A stretch of DNA of 64,000 nucleotides from Dendrobates tinctorius (lineage: Eukaryota), in contig NW_027361679.1 in NCBI RefSeq assembly GCF_039654945.1, positions 123,938,001 through 124,002,000 of the forward strand, in the 5' to 3' direction. Positions 11,990 through 23,950 of the stretch are shown one piece after another. A program made the translations under genes and the position numbers. The notes beneath the pieces are model-generated. The model saw only the letters and a list, made by a program, of their open reading frames with translations, was not told the origin of the DNA and did no database searches. Numbering within the stretch: the stretch's first letter is position 1; each line of letters starts with the position of its first letter.

Positions 11990-14235
11990 GTCGGGAGCCA
12001 TATCGTATTTCCAGAGTATGGTCTAGCAGTAACGTGGTAACCCCCCTATTGTTCCAGTGACAGATGAAGGACCTGAGTGGGGGCTGGTTTTGTGTGTGAT
12101 AAATTAGGGTTTTTATTGGTAACATTTTTGGGAATATTTTTCGATTGCTTCCAGAATAAGGCTGAATCACAATCTTGTGTTCTACACTGATCACTTACGT
12201 CAGGTTTTCCGTGTAAATCACACAAATACGAGTATGGGATACTCCTGATGGAGCCACCCACTATGAGGCAGATGGAGACACTGTCAGAACACAGACCAGT
12301 ATAAAGAGACTCTCTGCCTCAAAAGCGAGTGGCTCCGTCTGGGGTTTTATCTGAATCGCAGTTCTGGGGAATTTAAATGGAAACTCCGACGTAAGTGCTC
12401 AACAGAGAGCACAGAATGAGTATGAGCCGAGCCTTATTCCTATTTTTGGGAGACAGGATGAAGAAATAACAAAGCAACACAAAAATAGTTCTTATTTTTG
12501 CACGGTACCTCATGCGGTATAGGTGATAAGGCAGGTGCATTCTTTGGTTCTGTGCGATTCCAGCGATATCAGATTTATATGTTTTTTTTTAGGTTTTGCT
12601 GCTATCACACAGCAAAGGCGTTTGTTTATAAAAACAATATTTTACAATAATGAATTTGTTCTTTTCATCACCATATTCTGAGAAACGTAACTTTAATTTT
12701 TTGGCGAACAGATGTATGAAGGCTTATTCTTTGCGGGATGAGCCGCAGATTAGTACAATTTTGGGGTACATAATATTTTTTGATTGCTTTTCATTCAGAT
12801 TTTTCTGACAGAAAGAACAAAAAACAGCAATTCAGTTATTTTTTATTGCGTGCCAGTTTTATAGAGCAGGTTGTTCCAGGTTCGGTGATACCAATTATGT
12901 GTACATTTGTTTTTGTTTATTTTTATCACAAATGCTGTGTTTTGTGTGGCGAAACTGCTTTTGTGATGTGTGCGCTTTTTTGCAGTTTTTAACATATTTT
13001 ACTTTTTCTACTTTCACTGTGGGACACGTATAATTTATTTTTGATTATTCATCTCATACATTGTTGTACTCATGTGCAGCAGTGCATGAGAGCAGTCCGT
13101 GTCTCACTGACAGCTTGTGAGACCCAGCTTATAGCTGGATCTTACAGGTCAACGTACCCCTGCGGTCATTACATAACCTTAGGGTACAGTGATAACCATT
13201 GGGACTTCCAATTCTCATTGCAGGGGTCAGATGGTTACTAAGGGAGGTCTTGTGACCCCCTTGCAATCACTTAAATACTTGTCACGATTCACATTGGCAT
13301 TTAAGGAGTTAATCAGCCTCAAACGGTGGCAAAACCGTCCAGGTCCAATACTGCAGGGTGTCAGCTGTCATGTGCCAGGCAGCGCTATTCCCTTGTTCCC
13401 GATCGCTGTTATTCTTAAAAGGGTGATAAGGGAATAAAGCCCCTTAACGAACACCGTTTTAATGCGTATTGGCGGTTGTTAAAGGGGTTAAGAAAGCAGT
13501 GTCTCCTATATGATGTATATGCTCCAGCCCATTCTCCTATGTAATTATACATACTCCAGTCCCAGTGTCTCCCATGTGATGCATTTAGACCCATCCAAGT
13601 GTCTCCAATGTGATGTATCTACACCAATCCCAGTGTCTGCTATGAATGTATATGCACAAGCACTACTGTCTCCTATGTGATGCATACAGCAGACATCCCA
13701 CCGCTTGAGTTCTACAAATGTAAAATGAACAGTAATGAATTTCCCGCTGTGAGGAAACAAATAGTATGCATCTAAAGTATTTGTCAGGTGTATGGCTTTC
13801 TCTGGCCTTTTGCTTCCAGAATTTCACGGAAGAATTGCACCCAATCAGCAATAGAGTCACTGTCCCCGCCTTCGGTAAGGCGGGGACAGTAAGTAAGGGC
13901 TGCTGCTGCTCTAACTTCCTCTTGATGTTTGATTTGTCCCAAGGTGGGGACAGTGATGCCAGAGCAGATTGGGTCTCGGGCTCAAGTGACATACCCTCAC
14001 AGGAGCCTCAGGAACGAGAGTGTTGACACCAGCTGAGGCAGCGACCGCATCGGAGGTGGGTATAAGTCTTTATTTTAATGGGGCCATTTCACAGACAATC
14101 AGATCAACATCCATGGATAAATTAAAGGATTATTCAGAGCTCAGATGTAAACAAATACATAAATATACTAAAGTCACAATTTATACTGGTTCATTTCATG
14201 TGGAGCTCCAGTCAAACAGTCATACATGCAATTTA

Positions 14236-15281
14236 CTTAAAAGTAATGTGTCACCATATTTGAACTATTTAAACTATTAAAGGGAACCTGTCAACCCCAC
14301 CAGGCGTTTTTAAGTAAAAGAGCCACCTTGTGCAGCACTGATGCTGCCTTCTGTCAAGGTGGCTCGGTTACTTAGCTTGCCTTCCACTGCCGAAATAATA
14401 GTTTATAAAATTGTTGAAAAATACCTGAAATTTGACAGGGGGCAGGTCTTTCCCCCTCTGACAGACGCCTTGCATCCGTCACTCATTTCGTATTTGGCGC
14501 CTCCTCAGTTTTCTTTTGAAATGCGGCACCTGCGCTGTACTATATCTTCTTGGGCATGCGCAGTCAGCGCTGCCCGACGTGCCCGTGCTCACATCACACT
14601 CGGCCTGCCTTCGTATCGCGCAGCCATAGATCCCGCCCCGCAGTCGTAGTGCTACACAAGGTGGCTCTTTTACTTAAAAACGCCTGGGCGGGGGTGGCCG
14701 GTTCCCTTTAATATGGGAATACAGGTTTTAGACTGCTGAGGAGTGATACCTGTAATGCCTCATATCAGATGCCTTGTTGTGGATAACTCCTCTTATCACT
14801 ATGTAAATGACCTCTTGGCTCTGGGGAGGACACTGCCTGGAAGATCACACTAGTAATCCCCTGACATGTAAAATAACCTCTGGAGGCAGAGTTCTGTGTA
14901 CTTGCCGCTCTCTGCAGAGCTGTGTGTGGTTATAAAAGACATCTGCAGACTTCTCTCAGCTTCCATCTCGAAGTAGAAAGGGTTCCAATGCAACAGAGCT
15001 CAGAGAAAAGCAAGACGACAAATTTCATTTCTCCTGTTCTGTGTTAGTTACATATGTCACATTGGTAGCTCCCAAGTCATGTAAAATAATCTCTGGAGGC
15101 AGAGTTAGCTTTCAGGTAGTGTCCTCCCCAGAGCAGCTCATTTATATAAAGGAATAAAGGGTGATTTAACCACAACAAGGCATCTGATATGAGGCATAAA
15201 GGCATCACTCTCCTCAGCAGTCAATAACCTGTATGCCCATATTAGTTTACATAAGTAAAATGTGGCGACAGATTGCCTTTA
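14236..15281. mobile_element. Kolobok/T2-type MITE with a second T2 MITE nested at 14281-14707
   Basis: Inner element reads TTAA-AGGGAACC...GGTTCCCT-TTAA. Outer arms 14711-14860 and 15090-15245 are inverted. Confidence 0.75.
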
Positions 15282-16342
15282 CGGCCTCCACCGTATTTGG
15301 TCGCTTCCCTCCCTTTGATGTGGGCCCTGGCGCTGAGCCCACATCTTTCCTAGGACATGTCAGCTGTTTTGAACAGCTGACATGTGCTGGCAAACTGACA
15401 GCGGCATTTAAAGCGCGCTTCCGGCCACTGGCCCGGCAATCCTCCCACCGTGACCCCCGCAGGTCAACGGTTCGTTGGCATGACAATCAAAGGTCTCCTG
15501 GAGACCTCTATGGTTGTCAGTGCCAGATTGCTATGCGCGCCTCCCAGTGGTCGGCACTCATAGCAAGTAATTTTACTACATAGAGGCAATGTGATCATTG
15601 CCTGAATGTAGCAGGGCCGATCGGGTTGTGGCAGCTTCTAGTCTCCCATGGAGACCATTGAAGCATGCCAAAAGTAAAAAAGTTTTAAAATTTTTTTTTT
15701 TAAAAAAAATGAAAGTTTAAATCACCCCCTTTCAAAAGAAACCAAAAAAAAAAAAATCAAACTTACACAGTGAGAAAAAAAAGTCAAAATGCCGGAATTT
15801 TTTTTGGTTGCCGCGACATTGCATTAAAATGCAACAACAGACAATCAAAAGATGTTATCTGCACCAAAAACGTCAGCTCGGCGTACAAAAAATAAGCCCT
15901 CACCTAACCCGAGAACAAGAAAAATGTAGACGCTACGTGTCTTGAAAAATGTCGCAATTTTTCGTTTTTACAAACTTTGGGTTTTTTTCACAACTTAAAC
16001 AAAGAACCTAGACATGTTTGGTGTCTAAGAAATTGTAATAACCTGGAGAATCATAGAGACAGGTCAGTTTTAGCATTTGGTGAACATGGTAAAAAAAAAA
16101 TCCAAAAAACTTGTGGAATTGAACTTTTTTTTTCAATTTCACCACACTTGGAATTTTTTTCCCCATTTTTGAGTACAGAATATGGTAAAACTAATTGTGT
16201 TGTTCAAAAGTACAACTTGTCCAGCAAAAAAACAAGCCCTCACACAGCCATATTGATGGAAAAATAAAGTTATTGTTCTGGGATGAAGGGGAGCAAAAAC
16301 AGTAACGCAAAAAAGAAAAAGGGCAGGGTCTTGAAGGGGTTC
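15282..16342. mobile_element. piggyBac-like non-autonomous element, left end lost
   Basis: Ends in gaaggggtt. Homologous to 63050-63921 and to parts of 29584-35427. Confidence 0.65.
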
Positions 16343-16975
16343 AAGACATTACCGAGTTTAACGCAGAAGTTCTGAGGCCTTCTACTCGAGAAAACAATTA
16401 CATTGATCACCAAAGAGGTGTGGAGCGTCTGTTGTACTGAGGTGGAGTGATGCTATAAAGGGAACCTGTTACTCCTCCTTCCAAACTCAAATTTGACTAT
16501 TTAGACTTAGCCACTAAAAAACAAAATCATAATGATACCGTAGATTTTAGTAAATTCGTTTTACAGAAAAACAGTTTTATTTAATATGTAAATGAAGGCG
16601 ATTTGATGCACCCTTGGCACAGCTAGTGGCCCAATGCACCTTTCCACCCCCCTCACATACAATACTCCCCTCATGGTGACTGAATGTACATGCTTTGGAG
16701 CGCTGCCTGATTTAACTCCCCAGCCCTAAACACACTGACATTGCAGGGACCACGTTCTCATCACCATCTCCTGTGTAGCAGCCGCTAGCGCCACAGATGA
16801 TCACACAGCAACGGGTGGCCGATGCTGACAGGAGCGGGTTGAGAACGAGCACTATGTTAATGTGTGCGCACTCAACTCCCTCTCCTGTGTAGTGTCTGGA
16901 TGCTACCATGTGAACCTATGTGTAGCAAGTGGCCATTACACAGTAGTGGGAGATTAGTGCACAAGCACACACTGA

Positions 16976-19470
16976 AGGCCCCGTCACACATAACGATGCA
17001 CCAGCGATCCCGACAACGATACGACCTTGTCAGGATCGCTGGTGCCTCGCTACATGATCGCTGGTGAGATGCCAAACAGGCAGATTTCACCAGCGATCAG
17101 AACCAGCGAGGATGCTGGTATCCAAGGTAAATATTGGGTAACTAAGCGAGCGCGTCGCTTAGTTGCCCGCTGTGTACCTTGAATACCTGCGTGCTCGCGT
17201 TGGACACTGGTATCCAAGGTAAAATCGTAGTTACTTACCGTTAACAGTATTTCTCTGAGCCCATGACGGCACCACGGAGAGGGGATCCGCCCCACGGGGA
17301 CAGGAAACCTACAGACAAAAAGGCGGTACACCTCTCTCCCGCATCAGTTGTTTTACAGAGCATTTAACGGAACTTTGGTCTATAACATGAACTACTTTAA
17401 GAAAAAGAACATTTCTATAATCATTAAACTGCGTAGGAGACACCACGTGACTATTTGGCTAAACTGTATTTACAATAAGTGTGCACCCCACGCGTGTAGG
17501 GAGGGAATATATGGGTGCTGTCATGGGCTCAGAGAAATACCGTTAACGGTAAGTAACTACGATTTTCTCTTTCCCCCATGACGGCACCACGGAGAGAATT
17601 GCAAAGACTATCTATTAGGGGGGGAGCACTGCCTCCAGCACCCTACCACCAAAGGTTAGATCTGAGGACATGGCTAGGTCCAGCCGATAGTGGTTAAAGA
17701 AAGTTGAAGGAGAGGACCAAGTAGCGGCTCTACATATCTGCTCAATGGAGACGCCTGATCTCTCTGCCCAGGAAGTTGACATCGCTCTTGTGGAGTGGGT
17801 TGTTATTCTGTCTGGGACGTTCGCCCCCTGCGACAAGTATGACAAGGTGATGGCGTCTCTTATCCACCTCGCCAGCATGTTCTTTGATGCCTTCTGCCCT
17901 TTTCTTGGCCCCTGGAAGCACACAAAAAGAGACCTATCCCTTCTACACTCCCTGGTGGCCTCTAGGTATTCAATTAGGCATCTCCTAACAGCTAATGTGT
18001 GTAATACCTCTTCTCCTGTTTTTGGGATTGGGGCAAAATGAAGGGAGTGAGATTTCCTGGTTTCTGTGGAATTGGGATGCTACCTTTGGTAGGCTGGGTC
18101 TGTCCTAAGTACCACCCTATCCTCTAGGATCTGAGTAAACGGAGGGAAGGCTGACAGGGCTTGGATATCACTGATTCTGCGGGCCGATGTCAGGGCTACC
18201 AAGAGGGAGGTCTTGAGCAATATCAGTTTTAGAGGGGCCTCTTGTAATGGTTCAAAGGGAGGGTTGGACAGGGCTGAGAGTACCAAGTTTAGGTCCCAGG
18301 GAGGAGTATTTAGGGAAGGTATTGGCCTGGATCTACCGGCTGCTTTGATGAACCTGGCCACGCAATGGTTCCCTGCCAAGTTATAGTTGTAAAGGGCCCC
18401 TAGGGCCGCCACCTGAACTTTCAATGTACTGGTAGCTAAGCCTTGCTCTAAGCCCTTCTGCAGGAACTCTAAGATCTTTGATAGAGGTAAACCCCCCCCC
18501 CCTGCGCTTCGTATTTGATACTGAGAGGAACTTCCTCCAGATCCTCCCGTACGGTCTGGTGGTTACTGGTTTCCTACACCGTAGGAGGGTGGACACTAAA
18601 TTTTTGGAGAAGCTCCTGTTGGTCAACAGCGCCCTTTCAAATTCCAGACCCCAGAGATGCATTGCGCGCCCGGCAGCTGACGTCACTAGGCTCCGCCCCC
18701 CGCAAGTGCGCTCTGAGATCCTTCCCAGAGACGCATAGCGGCGGCGGTGACGTCCGCAGGCCCCTGCACGCTGCCGCTCCCAGCGTTGCAGCGGTCCCAC
18801 TCCACCGGAGCTTCCAGCGCCCGCTGACAGCGCTGCCCTGGAGTGCTTTTTTTCCCCCTCCTGGGTGAGGCGGTCTTCGGCAATACTTCTGCCGCCTCAC
18901 CACCCTCCGCACACCCTGGAGGCCCGCTGACCTTCCAGCGGTGGCACCTCGGGTCACCACCCCAGTCGGGACAGGGAACCCCCCCCCCCCCCCCCGCTCC
19001 TCCGGAATGGTCGGTCCCGGCATCCAACTACGACTGGTGAGTCCATAGGTTCCCTGTGGGGACAGAAACCAACTGATGCGGGAGAGAGGTACCACCTTTT
19101 TGTCTGTAGGTTTCCTGTCCCCATGGGGCGGATCCCCTCTCGGTGGTGTCATCCGGGGAAAAGAGAAATATCGGGTAACTAAGCGGCTCGCGCTTAGTTA
19201 CCAGATATTTACCATGGATACCAGCATCTGCTTAGAGCGCTGGGAGCTCGCTGATCGTTGCTCTCCCGCTGCCACACGCAGCGATGCGTGCTGGCCAGCA
19301 GGAGACCAAGGATCAAAAAATGGCCCAGGACATTCTTGCACGATCAGCGATACCCGGTGGGGGGGCCGGTCGCTGATGCGTGCCACACACAGCGAGATCG
19401 CTGGTGAGCTGGCTGTTGCGTCACAAAATCAGCGATCTCGCTAGCGATCTCGCTGTGTGTGACGGGGCCT
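16976..19470. mobile_element. Harbinger-type MITE (family A relative) split by a DIRS insertion
   Basis: TGA TSD (16973-16975, 19471-19473), TIR AGGCCCCGTCACACA. Confidence 0.85.
17221..19168 (-). mobile_element. Non-autonomous DIRS1-like retrotransposon with ITRs, ICR and disrupted tyrosine recombinase, no gag or RT
   Basis: ITRs ~17262-17350 and ~19069-19168, ICR 17511-17596. YR motifs TSARRISDIQAL and HSTRAMSTSWA...ATWSSPSTFFNHY. No TSD. Confidence 0.92.
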
Positions 19471-19585
19471 TGACTGACATGCAGGAGGCGAGCATGTGCA
19501 CACACCGACATTGTGCTCATTCTCAACTCCCCCACAGCTGTAGAGGGGGCACCAAAGTTCAATGGTGCACTGAAGCGCTTACTAA

Positions 19586-20083
19586 GGCCGGTTTCACATT
19601 AGCGCTTTTTCAGCGCGCGCACGGCCGGGGGTAGCTCCGCCCCCGAGCCGGCTCTCTGCCCGGCGTGCCCGCCCCTTGCTTGTAGCGCCGCCTACTAGCG
19701 GACAGCGGCGCCTGCGATCGGCGCACCCTATCTTTAGCATAGGGTGCGCAGATCGTGCGCAGGCCGTGCGCTAGTTGCGCTTTGACCTGCGCTGCGCACT
19801 TTTGACGGTGCGCCGTGCGCGCCAAAATCCGAAAAGTTTGATTTTGGCGCGCACGGCGCACCGTCAAAAGTGCGCAGCGCAGGTCAAAGCGCAACTAGCG
19901 CACGGCCTGCGCACGATCTGCGCACCCTATGCTAAAGATAGGGTGCGCCGATCGCAGGCGCCGCTGTCCGCTAGTAGGCGGCGCTACAAGCAAGGGGCGG
20001 GCACGCCGGGCAGAGAGCCGGCTCGGGGGCGGAGCTACCCCCGGCCGTGCGCGCGCTGAAAAAGCGCTAATGTGAAACCGGCC
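19586..20083. mobile_element. Palindromic Harbinger-type MITE (family B termini GGCCGGTTTCACATTAGCG)
   Basis: Arms 19583-19829 and 19840-20086 are reverse complements around a 10-nt loop, with TAA/TTA flanks. Confidence 0.92.
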
Positions 20084-21097
20084 TTAAACTGTTTATCTGC
20101 AAAACAAATTCACAAAAAAAAAAAAAAAAAAAAAATCAACTATACCACCATATGAAAGTCTAAACAGTTCAATTTCAGTTGCAGATGACAGATTCCCTTA
20201 AAAAAACCTAACACTTAAAAAAAAAAAAAATTAACTTGTGAAAATCCCTGAACTCCCACTCCCCCCATGAATCTGCAGTTTGTGGAGGTGTTGCTCCATT
20301 GCAAAGACATTCTCATTTATTGTTTTGGAGTGAAATATGTGAAATCTCTGCCTATAGCCAAGCTGGGCATTTCTTCACTGTCTTCTCTAGGGGAATGTAA
20401 TTTTACCTCTCCCTACCAGACACTGCCAATCACAGGTCAGCAACTCATTTTGCAGTCTGTCTGATATGATGCAGAGTTGTGATTAGCTGAGCCTGAGAGG
20501 GAGGCGTGACACTGCGCTCTTACAGAGAAAACTGAAAAAATGACTAGTTGCACTACTAGCCGAGCTTTCACATATTGTGCTCCAAAAGCAATAAATGTGA
20601 ATATGTCTGCAATGGGGTGACGCAGATAGAAAGGGAAAAAAGTGGCAGGATCTAGGGAGAACAGGGCTGTACAAGGCAGGGAGCTTTTGTTTGCACAAGA
20701 GATGGGTTCTTTTAAAAGTTTAGGTTCAGTTTAAACATCCCTGATGTGGCAGTTAACACTGCATAACTCGACCTCTGAACAAAAGACAGAAGTTATGTAA
20801 GCTATCAAGTAATAAAAGTATTAGCAGCGATTTATTAGAATTTTAAAAGGAACCTAAACTTAAAGAGGTCATGAAAGTAATGTATTTCAGATTATACAAT
20901 AATTAAAAAAAATATAAAAAAATAAATATTATGAGAAGGGGCATTAATGTAGATGTTCAAAAATTTCAATATCAAAAACTGACTGGAACCCCATAATCAG
21001 ATCTGTTCCATGGCAGGTTATTTTTTTCCCATGCATGTGAATCCAACGGGCCTCCAAAATTGAGATGGAGGATCTAACGCTACCTACCATTTCTTAC

Positions 21098-21159
21098 CTT
21101 TTTATGTCCTTCATAGTGAGCTCAGATCCACTCGGACAATTTCACAAAGCAGGCATTTC
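21098..21159 (-). CDS. DAZAP1: DAZAP1 alternative 62-nt cassette exon encoding short C-terminus GNACFVKLSEWI* (stop 21122-21124)
   Basis: Acceptor ctctttccag, donor AAG|gtaaga. In phase 1 it reads G-N-A-C-F-V-K-L-S-E-W-I-TGA, matching the Xenopus Prrp C-terminus as I recall it. Confidence 0.85.
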
Positions 21160-21472
21160 CTGGAAAGAGTGATTTCTTCAGGCTTTTTAAGTGGGAGGGT
21201 TAAGGCATGCACTACAACCCCAACCTGACATCCCGCCCAGCCAGGTAATAGGCTTTTTGTGCATGGCAAGGTCAGACATGGAGCGGTCCACTCTGAAGTT
21301 TGGGTAGGACATGGGTGTCTTTGTTTTATACGAAGATGTAAGGAGATTACGAATACTTTTGAAAAGACATTGAACACAGTCAGCTGGTCACTGGGACATT
21401 TTTCAAGAGTCTTTGAAACCCACCCTCAAATGACATATCGTGGGACAAAACTTGCACAAGGACACCACTTAC

Positions 21473-21649
21473 CAAACTGGCTAAAAGCAAAGTCTTGCTG
21501 ACCACCAGGGGGTTTACTGAGATCCTGAGCTGTCTGTCCTGGTGGTGGAGGGTACGCCAGTGGCGCTGCTCCTGGAGTACCAGCTGGTGCTGGAACTCCT
21601 GATGTGACGAACTGATCAGGAGGGGGAGGGGGTGGGCCATAGCCATAGC
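21473..21649 (-). CDS. DAZAP1: DAZAP1 proline-rich coding exon (approx. exon 11)
   Basis: Translates (G)YGYGPPPPPPDQFVTSGVPAPAGTPGAAPLAYPPPPGQTAQDLSKPPGGQQDFAFSQF(G). Acceptor ttattgcag, donor gtaagt, 177 nt, phase 1-1. Confidence 0.96.
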
Positions 21650-21743
21650 CTGCAATAACACATCAAAATATATAGGGATAGCTCGGGATTAGTTCTATTA
21701 GAAGAGCCTGAATTAAATAGGATAAAATTACACTACGTCTTAC

Positions 21744-21875
21744 CAAAAGGAGGTGGTGTTGCATATCCTTGTGGAAAGCCTTGTGCAGGAAATCCTCCTT
21801 GTGGTGTTGACACTAAGAAGGGGAAAGCTGGAGGTGGGGGAGCAGCACCCCGGGCAGCAGGAGGACCATACCCGC
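21744..21875 (-). CDS. DAZAP1: DAZAP1 proline-rich coding exon (approx. exon 10)
   Basis: Translates (G)GYGPPAARGAAPPPPAFPFLVSTPQGGFPAQGFPQGYATPPPF(G). Acceptor ttctccacag, donor gtaaga, 132 nt, phase 1-1. Confidence 0.95.
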
Positions 21876-21977
21876 CTGTGGAGAAGACTGCATTAGGAAG
21901 AACCAAAAGGTAGGAGAGATTGATGTGAATTGCCCGAGTAATAGAGTAACTACAAAGACATATGTCCAGTTACTTAC

Positions 21978-22007
21978 CAATTGTTTGTCCAGCTGGCATC
22001 CACATAC
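21978..22007 (-). CDS. DAZAP1: DAZAP1 30-nt coding exon (approx. exon 9)
   Basis: Translates (G)MWMPAGQTI(G). Acceptor ttctctttag, donor gtaagt, phase 1-1. Confidence 0.94.
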
Positions 22008-22596
22008 CTAAAGAGAAAATGGATTATGAATGTTAGGCCAAGAAATTAACTATGATACATATAAAAAGAACAGGTATTTAATACATTAAAGCAAAACGTT
22101 AATTTTATTCTCTGCAGATGCCCCAACTAAATGGGAAAGATGAGGACTTGGATGTGCAAAAATGATTGGTCTGCCCTCACAAGGGCAAACACTACGAACA
22201 TGTCCTGGCTTTCAACTCTACTGTGCAAATTCCAATTTTATGTTGCCATGAAGGGTGTAACAAAAATCAAAAGAAACAGGATAGGGAATAAAAGATTCCA
22301 TAGAATATACACCATCATTCAGTTGCCTACAAGGTAGAGAACTTCAAAATTAATTTTACAAATTAGCAAATTGCAGTGCCATGTAAGTCTTAAAGCCAGC
22401 TAGAAACATTACATGGCTGTCTGCCAAGCACTCCTGTGGTCTCTGAGAAAGCCTCCGCCAGACATATCTGGCAGCCCGATATTTTCCCCAACAATAAATT
22501 GTCCAGGGCTCCCATTACACAACTGCTGGCTGAACCCACTGATATTGGCAGGTTCAGCCAATATTACTATAATGTGTGCGGATTAACTCTTTAGAG

Positions 22597-22758
22597 CAGG
22601 GTTCCCCAACTCCAGTCCTCAAGGCCCACCAACAGGTCATGTTTTCAGGATTTCCTTTGTATTGCACAGGTGATGCAATTATCACCTGAGCAATACTAAG
22701 GAAATCCTGAAAACATGATCTGTTGGTGGGCCTTGAGGACTGGAGTTGGGGAACCCTG
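22597..22758. mobile_element. Foldback hAT MITE, 162 bp
   Basis: 8-bp TSD CTTTAGAG on both sides, termini CAGGGTTCCCCAAC, near-perfect palindrome. Confidence 0.93.
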
Positions 22759-23950
22759 CTTTAGAGGGATCTTTTCAAATAAGACAAGGTAGTGAGGTAA
22801 TGATTTATGAGTGTAAATCCAGGAGATAGCTTTGCACTGGAACCTATCACATGATCATGAATTCGGCAGTTTCCATAATGCCTAATCTCCCTATAGTTAC
22901 CATGATTTTGGGTGATACATACAATGTTGAAATGAGATTATCCAATATGGGTCACATGCTGGATATGGCATCACATAGTTTGTTTGTGGCTGTTTATTGT
23001 GACATATTGCAGAAGGGTTGATAAAAAAATAGGAACTTTATTTTTAAAGTACAATGGAATATTGCTGTAGAACATTCTGCATGAGTTAAACATTTTTAGA
23101 TTAGTTTTGTACTAAGATGCATTACTAAAAACAAAAAAACAAAACAAAAAAACTATTGTCTTCAAATCAAGGTGTAGAAATGTCAGCACGATTTCAATAC
23201 TTGTGGTTATTTAACCTCTCAATCGCAATGGGAGTAGAGGGAAATCATGACAGAGCCTAGAAAACACCTTCATGGGTATGTTCACAATTTTTTTTTTTTT
23301 AATTCAGGTGTGTTTGGAGCGAGTCCACTCCGAAACTCACCTGAAAAGGCGCTAACAAAACATTCAAAATATGAACATTCATTTCTATGTGAAAACGAAC
23401 TGCTATGCTGTTCAAGCTTTTAAGCATCTTAACTGCTTCAGATCTCCAAATATGCCATGCATTTGAAAGATGTGGCCTGAACTATACATACAAATCAAAG
23501 GGAAGGTGTTTGAGAGTTTTGTCAGCATTTTTGCTTCAAAAATGGTTAGTGGTTTTATCATTGTTAGAGCAGGTGCATATGGCCATATTAATGGTCCGAG
23601 TACAATATGATAAAACATCAGATCGCACCCAGACCAGTCTTTAGGGCCTTACACATGTCTGACTTTTTCCTCACTCTGTCAGTGAAAAAATAAATAAGCT
23701 GCGTGTCCAAGTTTGATCCAATGTTTGGATTGCACTCAACCATGAAAGTCAATCAGTGTAGAAATTGAAACTAATTGGACTGCACTTGAATGAGATTTGA
23801 ATGCAGTCCAATTTCCACGCACTGACAACAGAGAAGATGGAGAAATGCTGCTCTCCATCTTCTCTTTAGTATGCTCTTATGTTCTAATCCAAATGTCATT
23901 TGTATAATCTGCCAGATTCTCTCGGATGAAAAAACATCTACAGCTGTGTG

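Larger units (their letters stand above)
7731..13491. mobile_element. Composite of non-autonomous piggyBac-like (TTAA-CCCC...GGGG-TTAA) elements with internal ~350-400 bp repeats
   Basis: TTAACCCCTT at 7731 and 7975, AAGGGGTTAA at 13482-13491. Repeated module cccacatatggggtatcggcgtactcagga. Region 11500-13490 is homologous to 52770-54254. Confidence 0.7.
16456..20200. mobile_element. Kolobok/T2-type MITE hosting nested insertions
   Basis: Termini taaAGGGAACCTGT / GACAGATTCCCTtaa. Confidence 0.65.

Noticed and set aside
19610-20059. Mirror-image 94 aa ORFs on both strands (also 11658-12194 and 11735-12040)
   Set aside because: A consequence of palindromic MITE structure, with no protein features.
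21426-21472. Read-through of the exon 11 donor giving GKWCPCASFVPRYVI*
   Set aside because: The donor is a strong gtaagt site, and the downstream cassette exon explains the short C-terminus better.
21380-21661. ORF-track 93 aa peptide over exon 11, and ORFs 26284-26475, 3920-4147 and 3807-4178
   Set aside because: These are alternative-frame or antisense shadows of real DAZAP1 exons.
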